DNA of 46,343 bases from Desulfobacterales bacterium. GTDB taxonomy: Bacteria > Desulfobacterota > Desulfobacteria > Desulfobacterales > Desulfatibacillaceae. Under the pieces are notes generated by a model, which did not search any database, was not told where the DNA came from, and saw only the letters and a program-made list of their open reading frames with translations. This document shows positions 40,582 through 46,343 of this stretch, one piece after another. The position numbers were made by a program, and so were the translations under genes. Location: contig JAGVGH010000053.1 in the NCBI GenBank assembly GCA_020057225.1, positions 1 through 46,343 of the forward strand, read 5' to 3'. How positions within the stretch are numbered: the stretch's first letter is position 1; each line of letters starts with the position of its first letter.

Positions 40582-41254
40582 ATGCCCCCTCAGAACCCCG
40601 TCCCGACAAACGACACGCCATCCTCGCAGCCCTCGAAAACATGCTCCACGAACGCCACTTCCACGAACCCGCCCTCGGCGAAGCGGCCTATGTCGGGAAA
40701 GGCGCTATCTACCGCCGCTTCTCCGGAAAAAACGACCTCTTCTTCCATCTCGCCACCCAAGGCGCCTCGAACTCTGCGAAACCATAAAGCGGAGCGCCTC
40801 CGAAACCGGACAGATCCCTTTCCCGGAACGCCTGGCCTCTGTCTGTGAGCGCGTGAGCGCCTTTTTCCAAAGCCGCCGCGCCCTCTTCCGCGTGATGGGC
40901 GAACATGAGGACAGCCTCGCCGCGTTCAAGGAAACCCGGCGGGATTCCTTTGTCGAACTCCGAAAGGGCCTCCGCTCCGCGGTGGCCGCTGTTCTCGCCA
41001 CCGGAGTGGAGGCGGGCGCTGTCCGGACAGATATGCCCCTGGAAACCTACGCCCGCTTGTTGCTCTCCATGCCCAGGGCGCGCAATCCGCCGTTTAGTCT
41101 GGGTCTCGACGCCCCCCCTTCCATCGCCCTGGTGGCGGACATGTTTCTCCTTGGCGCGCGGGGCGCCCGGGACGCGGACACGCGCCCGGAAACCGCCGGA
41201 GAGCCGGATTCTAAAAAACAGCAAAGCGGGAGCCATGAAACTCGAACAGCTTAA
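40582..41254 (+). pseudogene. TetR/AcrR-family regulator disrupted by two frameshifts
   Basis: ATG 40582 with a Shine-Dalgarno sequence opens frame A (MPPQNP...). The HTH (RHAILAALENMLHERHFHEPALGEAAYVGKGAIYRRFSGKNDLFFHLATQG) is in frame A+2 and stops at TAA near 40785. The remainder (LELCETIKRSASETGQIPFPERLASVCERVSAFFQSRRALFRVM...) is in frame A+1 and ends at 41254. Confidence 0.6.
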
Positions 41255-42617
41255 AACAAAAAAAGCCCTTGTCGCAGCCCTTGTGGCGCTCGCCCTTGCC
41301 CTGGGCATTCTCGCCTGGAAATCCGCGGGTAACTCCAAGGACAAGGAAGAGGACGCCTCCAAGCCCAAAACCGCCACTGTCACCCGGGGTTCCCTCCGTC
41401 AGGTGGTCGAATCCACGGGAAGAGTCGTTCCCGACCAGGAAATCGAAATCAAGTGCAAGGCCAGCGGCGAGGTTATCAAACTCCCTGTGGACGTGAGCGA
41501 CACAGTGAAAGAAGGCGCGCTTCTCGTCCAGATTGACCCGGAGGAGGAAGAGCGCTCTGTGAAGCGCGCGGAGGCGGCCCTGGCCGCGTCCATGGCCAGG
41601 CTGGAACAGGCCCGGCACAGCGCCCGGGCGGCACAGACAAATCTTGCCGCCGCCCGCCTGCGAACCCGCGCCGCATTGGAGTCCGCCGCGACCCGGATGA
41701 AGGAGGCCGAGGCCGCCCTTGCCCGCGCGCGGTCCCTGGAAAAAAGCGGCATGGCGAGCGCCGAGGAGTTGGAAGGGGCGGAAACCGGCATGGCCGAAGC
41801 CCTGGCGAAGCACAAGGACGCCCGGGCGGCGGTGGACGAGCTTTCGGCCCAGGAAATGGAGGCCAAGGTCAAGGAGCAGCAGGTTGTAATCGCCGAGGCC
41901 CAGGTATCCTCGGACACCCTTTCCCTGGAGGACGCGCGCCAGCGTCTGGAGGACACCACCGTCACCTCGCCCATCGCCGGAGTGGTGGCGGAGCGGAACG
42001 TCGAGCCCGGGCAAATCATCGCCTCGGGAATCAACAACGTGGGCGGCGGCACCTCGGTCATGAAACTCGCCGACCTTTCCCGTGTCTTTGTCCTCGCCTC
42101 TGTGGACGAGTCGGACATCGGCGCTGTTCTCACCGGCCAGGATGTGGCGGTGATGGTGGACTCGTATCCGGACGCGGTCTTTCCCGGCAAAGTGGTCCGG
42201 GTCGCCACCAAAGGCGTCAACACATCCAACGTGGTGACCTTCGAGGTCAAGGTGGAGGTTGGAGGCGGTAAAAAGGCCCTGCTCAAACCGGAGATGACCG
42301 CCACCGTGGAAATTCTCGTGGCGGATAAAAAGGATCTGCTCCAGGTGCCTGTGGGCGCGGTTTCGCGCGGCAAGCACGGGCAAAGCGTGACCGTGGCGGG
42401 CAAAGACGGTGAGGAGGAAAGGCGGACCGTCCGCACGGGAATCACGGACGGGGAGATGATTGAAATCCAAAGCGGGCTGGCCGAGGGCGAGACGGTGAAA
42501 ATCGAAACCGCGTCCGGCCAGGGACAGTGGCAAAGCGCGCAAAACAAGGCCGGAGACAAGGCCCGCCAGGACCACGTGCGGATGGGCGCCATGGGCGGCG
42601 GAGGGCCGCGCAGATGA
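41235..42617 (+). CDS. efflux transporter periplasmic adaptor subunit (HlyD/MacA-like membrane fusion protein)
   Basis: ATG 41235 has GGGAG upstream. It has a single N-terminal TM (ALVAALVALALALGILAW), a long Ala-rich coiled-coil hairpin, and barrel-sandwich and beta-barrel blocks (TVTSPIAGVVAERNVEPGQ; VDSYPDAVFPGKVVRVA). Confidence 0.88.
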   Translation: MKLEQLKTKKALVAALVALALALGILAWKSAGNSKDKEEDASKPKTATVTRGSLRQVVESTGRVVPDQEIEIKCKASGEVIKLPVDVSDTVKEGALLVQIDPEEEERSVKRAEAALAASMARLEQARHSARAAQTNLAAARLRTRAALESAATRMKEAEAALARARSLEKSGMASAEELEGAETGMAEALAKHKDARAAVDELSAQEMEAKVKEQQVVIAEAQVSSDTLSLEDARQRLEDTTVTSPIAGVVAERNVEPGQIIASGINNVGGGTSVMKLADLSRVFVLASVDESDIGAVLTGQDVAVMVDSYPDAVFPGKVVRVATKGVNTSNVVTFEVKVEVGGGKKALLKPEMTATVEILVADKKDLLQVPVGAVSRGKHGQSVTVAGKDGEEERRTVRTGITDGEMIEIQSGLAEGETVKIETASGQGQWQSAQNKAGDKARQDHVRMGAMGGGGPRR

Positions 42618-43279
42618 TGCTTGAAACCCGGGGCCTTAAAAAGACCTACATTTTGGGCGAAACAACAGTGCATGCCCTGGACGGCGTGGATGTGGACATC
42701 GCGGAGGGGGAGATGGCCGCCATAACCGGCCCCTCCGGAAGCGGGAAATCCACCCTCATGCATATTCTGGGCTGCCTGGACACTCCCGACGAGGGGACAT
42801 ATATCCTTGCGGGCGAGGACGTTTCCCGGCTTTCCGGAGACCAGCTCGCAAGCATCCGAAACCGGAGAATCGGTTTTGTCTTCCAGTCCTTCAACCTGCT
42901 GCCCAGGCTTTCAGCCCTTGAAAACGTCGAGCTTCCCCTGCTGTACGGCGGAAGAAAAGACGCGCGGGGCGCGGCGGAAAACGCCCTTGCCACGGTGGGA
43001 CTTGGGGACCGCATGGGCCATCTGCCCGCCCAGCTTTCGGGCGGGCAGCGCCAGCGGGTGGCCATTGCGCGCGCCATTGTGACAGACCCGGCAATTCTGC
43101 TGGCGGACGAGCCCACCGGCAACCTGGACAGCGTGACCGGCAGGGAGATACTCGCCCTTCTGGGCCGTCTCAACAGCCAGGGACGGACCGTCATTCTTGT
43201 CACCCACGATCCCTCGGTGGCGGCCTCGTGCTCCCGTCAAATCCGCATCCGGGACGGACGCGTCGCGGAAGGAGACTGA
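42614..43279 (+). CDS. ABC transporter ATP-binding protein (MacB/LolD-type)
   Basis: The ATG overlaps the adaptor stop (ATGA). Walker A GPSGSGKST, Q-loop FVFQSFNLLP, signature LSGGQRQRVAIARAI, Walker B LLADEPTGNLD. Confidence 0.93.
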   Translation: MMLETRGLKKTYILGETTVHALDGVDVDIAEGEMAAITGPSGSGKSTLMHILGCLDTPDEGTYILAGEDVSRLSGDQLASIRNRRIGFVFQSFNLLPRLSALENVELPLLYGGRKDARGAAENALATVGLGDRMGHLPAQLSGGQRQRVAIARAIVTDPAILLADEPTGNLDSVTGREILALLGRLNSQGRTVILVTHDPSVAASCSRQIRIRDGRVAEGD

Positions 43280-43281
43280 CC

Positions 43282-44490
43282 GTGCTTGTCTGGACAACCG
43301 TCAAAGCCGCCATGCGAAGCCTGTTCGCCAACAAGCTCCGCTCGTTTCTCGCCATGCTGGGCATCATCATCGGCGTGGGCGCGGTCATCTCGATGCTGGC
43401 CTTGGGCGCCGGCGCCAGGAAACAGATTCTTGGCCGGGTCACTTCCATGGGCACCAACCTCCTGATAGTCCGTCCCGGAAGCAATCCCATGGGCGGAGTG
43501 CGTTCCGGCTCCATGGAGACCCTCCGGCTTGAGGACGCCCAGGCCATTCTCCGCAAGGTGGAGGGGGTCTGGCAACTAAGTCCCCTGGCCATGGGCAGGG
43601 CCCAGGTGACCTACACCAACCAGAACACCAACACCACTGTTATGGGCGCCGCGGGCACGTATTTTTCCATTCGGAGCTTTGAGATCGAAAAAGGGAGGCC
43701 CTTTACCTCGGTGGAAGAGGAGCGTTCCGGCAGGGTCGCTGTTCTGGGCTCCTCCGTGGCCGAGCTTCTTTTTGGAAAACAAGACCCCCTGGGAGAGAAA
43801 ATCCGCGTCAAAACCGTCAACTTCAAGGTCATCGGTGTTCTTAAAAGCAAGGGCGACCAGGGCTGGTTCAACCCGGACGACATGGTGCTCACGCCCCACT
43901 CCACGGCCATGGCCCTGGTGTTCGGGCAAATCCACTTGAACGAGATAGATGTCCAGGCCAGGGAAGGCGCGGATTTGAAAGAGGTGGAAACCGGGATCGA
44001 GGAGGTGCTGCGCGCGCGCCACCGGCTCAGGCCAGGCGAGGAGAACGATTTTTTTGTGCGCAACCAGGCGGAAATCCTTGAAATGGCCTCCTCCTTTTCC
44101 CGGACCTTCACCATTCTTTTGGGCGGCATCGCCAGCATCAGCCTTTTGGTGGGGGGCATCGGCATCATGAACATCATGCTGGTGACTGTAACTGAGCGCA
44201 CCCGGGAAATCGGCGTGCGCAAGGCCATTGGCGCGCGGAACAAAGACATTCTGCGCCAGTTTCTGATAGAAAGCCTTCTTATCAGCGGCATGGGCGGGAT
44301 TTTCGGCATAGGTCTGGGCATTGCCGCGGCCCTGGCCATCGGCGCGTTCAGTGAATTTCAAACCGTTGTTTCCCTGGGCAGCGTGGCGCTGGCCCTTTTG
44401 GTCTCCGCGTCCGTCGGCGTGTTTTTCGGCCTGTATCCTGCAAGGCGGGCGGCGCGGATGAACCCCATCGAGGCGTTGCGGTATGAATAA
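43282..44490 (+). CDS. ABC transporter permease (FtsX/MacB-type, with periplasmic domain)
   Basis: The GTG start lies 3 nt after the ATPase stop (MLVWTTVKAAMRSLFANKLRSFLAMLGIIIGVGAV). It has the MacB_PCD-like periplasmic region and the FtsX C-terminal block (TERTREIGVRKAIGA ... YPARRAARMNPIEALRYE). Confidence 0.9.
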   Translation: MLVWTTVKAAMRSLFANKLRSFLAMLGIIIGVGAVISMLALGAGARKQILGRVTSMGTNLLIVRPGSNPMGGVRSGSMETLRLEDAQAILRKVEGVWQLSPLAMGRAQVTYTNQNTNTTVMGAAGTYFSIRSFEIEKGRPFTSVEEERSGRVAVLGSSVAELLFGKQDPLGEKIRVKTVNFKVIGVLKSKGDQGWFNPDDMVLTPHSTAMALVFGQIHLNEIDVQAREGADLKEVETGIEEVLRARHRLRPGEENDFFVRNQAEILEMASSFSRTFTILLGGIASISLLVGGIGIMNIMLVTVTERTREIGVRKAIGARNKDILRQFLIESLLISGMGGIFGIGLGIAAALAIGAFSEFQTVVSLGSVALALLVSASVGVFFGLYPARRAARMNPIEALRYE

Positions 44491-46000
44491 GCCATGTGTC
44501 GTACAACCCGGAAAAACACTTAAAAAAGCGTTGGCGCTGGGCGTTTTGCCCCTCCTGCTCTTTCTGCTCCCATGCCGGGCCGGGCAGGCAGGCGCCCTTG
44601 CGGATTCCCGGGTTCTTACCCTGACCGTGGCGGATGCGGTGCTCACCGCCCTTCAAAACAATCCGGAGTTTTTGGTGCAAAAGGCAGGGCCCGATAAAAG
44701 CCGGGCGGACGCGGACATCGCCCGGGCCGCTTTTGACCCTGTTGTAACAGGCGGGATCACAGCCGGACGGACCCGGGGAGAGCCGGAGACAGGAGGTGTT
44801 TCCGGCGCGCCCTACCAGAACGACTCCCTGGAGGCCAAGGCGGGGATCCAGGAATTTTTTCCCACAGGAACCACAGTGGAGGCCGCGGGGAACAAAGCGT
44901 TGGACTGGAAGGAGGATCCGGCGCGCGTTGACGGGGACAGCGCCTCCTGGGACGCGCGGGTGACCCAGGCCCTGCTTCGAGGAGCGGGCTTTGGGGCAAA
45001 CCTGGCATCGCTCCGGCAGGCGCGGCTTGGAGTGGATAAAAGCCTGCACGAATTGCGCGGAGCCGCCGAAACCCTCGTCGCCAATGTTGAAAACGCGTAT
45101 TGGGATTATGTGCTGGCCCTGCGTTCTGTTGACATCTATCAAAAATCCCTGGAAGTGGCCAAGGCCCAGGAGAAGGAAACCCGGGAGCGAGTGCGCCTGG
45201 GCAAACTGGCTGAAACAGAACTGGCCGCGGCCAGGGCGGAAACCGCGTCCGGCAGGGCGGGACTTGTAAGCGCGAAAAAAACACTGGAGGCGCGGCGCCT
45301 GGGGCTTTTGCGGCTTCTTTCCCTGGAAAACGGCTGGGGCAGCGCGGTTGTTCCCGCCGAGGAGCCAGAGACCCCGGCCATGGCCCTTGACTCCGCGGAG
45401 TCCCATGTCAGGGTCGCCCTGGAAAAACGCGCGGACCTTGCCCAGGCGCGTATCGGACTGAAACAGCAACAGATGGAGGTTGTCCGGACAAAAAACGGAC
45501 TTCTTCCGCGCCTTGACCTTTTCATCGGCCTGGGAGGCACCCGGTACGCGGAGTCCTTCAAGGCAGGACAGGACACGGACCTGGACGAGATCGCAACGAG
45601 CGCGGGCCTTGAGCTGGAACTGCCCGTCGGCAACCGGGAGGCCCGGGCGAAACACGCGAAAGCCGTGGTTTCGGAAAGCGAGGCGGCCCTTGCGATAAAG
45701 AATCTGGAAGACCTGGCGCAGGTGGACACGCGGACAGCCTTTGCGGAGGCCGGATACGCGGCGGAGGAAGTGAAGGCCAAGAGGGCGCTGGCCGGGGCGC
45801 GGGAGCTTGCTTTTGAGGTGGAGAGGGAGAAGGTCCGGCTGGGGCGCTCGACGGCGTTTCAGGTGTCCCAGGCCCAGAGGGACATGCTGGAGGCGCGGCT
45901 TGGGGAGACAGAGGCGCTGTGCGCGTACCGGAAGGCGCTCACGGCGCTTTTCCGGCTGGAGGGGTCGCTGTTGGAGAGGCGGGGGATAAGGGCGTGGTGA
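44483..46000 (+). CDS. TolC-family outer-membrane efflux protein
   Basis: The start overlaps the permease stop by 8 nt. It has a signal-like N-terminus and two OEP repeats (LTLTVADAVLTALQNNPEF...; VRVALEKRADLAQARIGL...) with long coiled segments. Confidence 0.88.
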   Translation: MNKPCVVQPGKTLKKALALGVLPLLLFLLPCRAGQAGALADSRVLTLTVADAVLTALQNNPEFLVQKAGPDKSRADADIARAAFDPVVTGGITAGRTRGEPETGGVSGAPYQNDSLEAKAGIQEFFPTGTTVEAAGNKALDWKEDPARVDGDSASWDARVTQALLRGAGFGANLASLRQARLGVDKSLHELRGAAETLVANVENAYWDYVLALRSVDIYQKSLEVAKAQEKETRERVRLGKLAETELAAARAETASGRAGLVSAKKTLEARRLGLLRLLSLENGWGSAVVPAEEPETPAMALDSAESHVRVALEKRADLAQARIGLKQQQMEVVRTKNGLLPRLDLFIGLGGTRYAESFKAGQDTDLDEIATSAGLELELPVGNREARAKHAKAVVSESEAALAIKNLEDLAQVDTRTAFAEAGYAAEEVKAKRALAGARELAFEVEREKVRLGRSTAFQVSQAQRDMLEARLGETEALCAYRKALTALFRLEGSLLERRGIRAW

Positions 46001-46228
46001 GGGGAGGAGCCCGCCTCTGGCCCTGGCATGCCACATGCATAAATAATCCGGCGACGGGGTAAAAAGCACAGCGAAGCGTTTACCAGCCAGGACGCACGCG
46101 TTGTAAGCTGAGGGCCGCCTTCGGAAACCATCCGTTCCAGCGGCTTTGCCCCCCAACCTTGGCTCCTGGGACCTTAATGTTCACGGCGCCCTCCCCCGTC
46201 GCTTTTTGAAACCAAGCGGATTTCCGCA

Positions 46229-46264
46229 CACAAATCCCGGCGTTACGCCGGGATTTGTGCTTTT
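46229..46264 (+). terminator. Rho-independent terminator after the efflux operon
   Basis: A 14-bp stem CACAAATCCCGGCG-tta-CGCCGGGATTTGTG is followed by cTTTT. Confidence 0.6.
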
Positions 46265-46290
46265 AGACCAAGGCGCAATCAGACGAGGTA
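46265..46290 (-). mobile_element. MITE-like element, terminal fragment D
   Basis: agaccaaggcgcaatcagacgaggta matches ataccaaggtgcaatcagacaaggta (the start of copy C) at 23 of 26 positions. The match is lost after that. Confidence 0.45.
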
Positions 46291-46309
46291 ATTGCAAAAT
46301 CAGGCGCAG

Positions 46310-46343
46310 GCCGGGTGGTTCCGGGCCGCAAGGCCCGGAACCA
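46310..46343. repeat. REP-like GC-rich palindromic unit, copy 3 (runs off the window)
   Basis: The head gccgggtggttccg is the same as at 118..131. It is followed by an 11-bp perfect hairpin GGTTCCGGGCC-gcaa-GGCCCGGAACC. Confidence 0.4.

Noticed and set aside
40531-40848. A 105-aa plus-strand ORF (MRAGLDTDQSVLNTEPAMPPQNPVPTNDTPSSQ...).
   Set aside because: It is the out-of-frame reading across the TetR HTH region and is Pro/Ser/Thr-rich nonsense. It is better explained as part of the frameshifted TetR pseudogene.
36560-46000. Whether the giant protein is a type I secretion substrate of the neighbouring ABC, adaptor and TolC genes.
   Set aside because: - The giant protein has an N-terminal Sec-type signal and no GGxGxD RTX repeats or C-terminal T1SS signal that I can see.
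- The ABC pair lacks a C39/CLD N-terminal domain and has no adjacent adaptor.
- The adaptor and TolC belong to a separate TetR-controlled MacB-type operon.
1-46343. A scan for rRNA, tRNA, CRISPR, integrase/transposase and toxin-antitoxin or known defence-system genes.
   Set aside because: None was recognised by eye. Absence of tRNAs should be confirmed with tRNAscan-SE, since cloverleafs are easy to miss manually.

Overview
This is a 46.3-kb bacterial chromosomal segment with high G+C, roughly two-thirds by eye. The gene content (sigma-54 enhancer-binding protein, bacterial V-type ATPase, KamA radical-SAM enzyme) would fit a Desulfobacterota-like anaerobe, but the taxon cannot be established from the sequence alone.

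**Left half (1-23 kb), transcribed entirely on the minus strand:**
- A four-gene cassette: KamA-family lysine 2,3-aminomutase, two tandem Ddl-like ATP-grasp ligases and a GNAT acetyltransferase.
- Upstream of it, two small paralogous proteins behind a sigma-54-type promoter, and an NtrC-type activator whose receiver domain lacks the phospho-acceptor Asp.
- A compact seven-gene V-type ATPase operon (E, DUF2764/C-like, A, B, D, I, K) followed by a cytidylate-kinase-like gene. The K subunit carries a Na+-type ion-site signature.
- A DUF1848 gene.
- A conspicuous ~0.7-kb low-G+C island carrying one orphan gene.
- The housekeeping infC-rpmI-rplT-pheS-pheT block.

**Right half (23-46 kb), which looks accessory and plastic:**
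- A 5'-truncated DUF4143 ATPase remnant.
- A ShlB/FhaC-type (TpsB) outer-membrane transporter.
- Divergent from the transporter, a 3,232-aa giant secreted repeat protein. It has a signal peptide, a seven-bladed beta-propeller nested inside a split repeat module, a Pro-rich linker, 23 tandem ~89-aa Ig-like modules, and a C-terminal parallel beta-helix.
- A PPC/DUF296 gene.
- A heterodimeric ABC exporter pair.
- A TetR gene broken by two frameshifts that still has its operator palindrome.
- A MacAB-TolC-like efflux operon.

**Repeats:** a ~115-120-bp MITE-like element occurs four times. Two full copies in inverted orientation bracket the giant-protein module. A second family of REP-like GC-rich hairpins sits at gene ends.

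**Not found:** I recognised no rRNA, tRNA, CRISPR array or transposase/integrase gene.

**Caveat:** all functional calls rest on motif recognition by eye, not on database searches.
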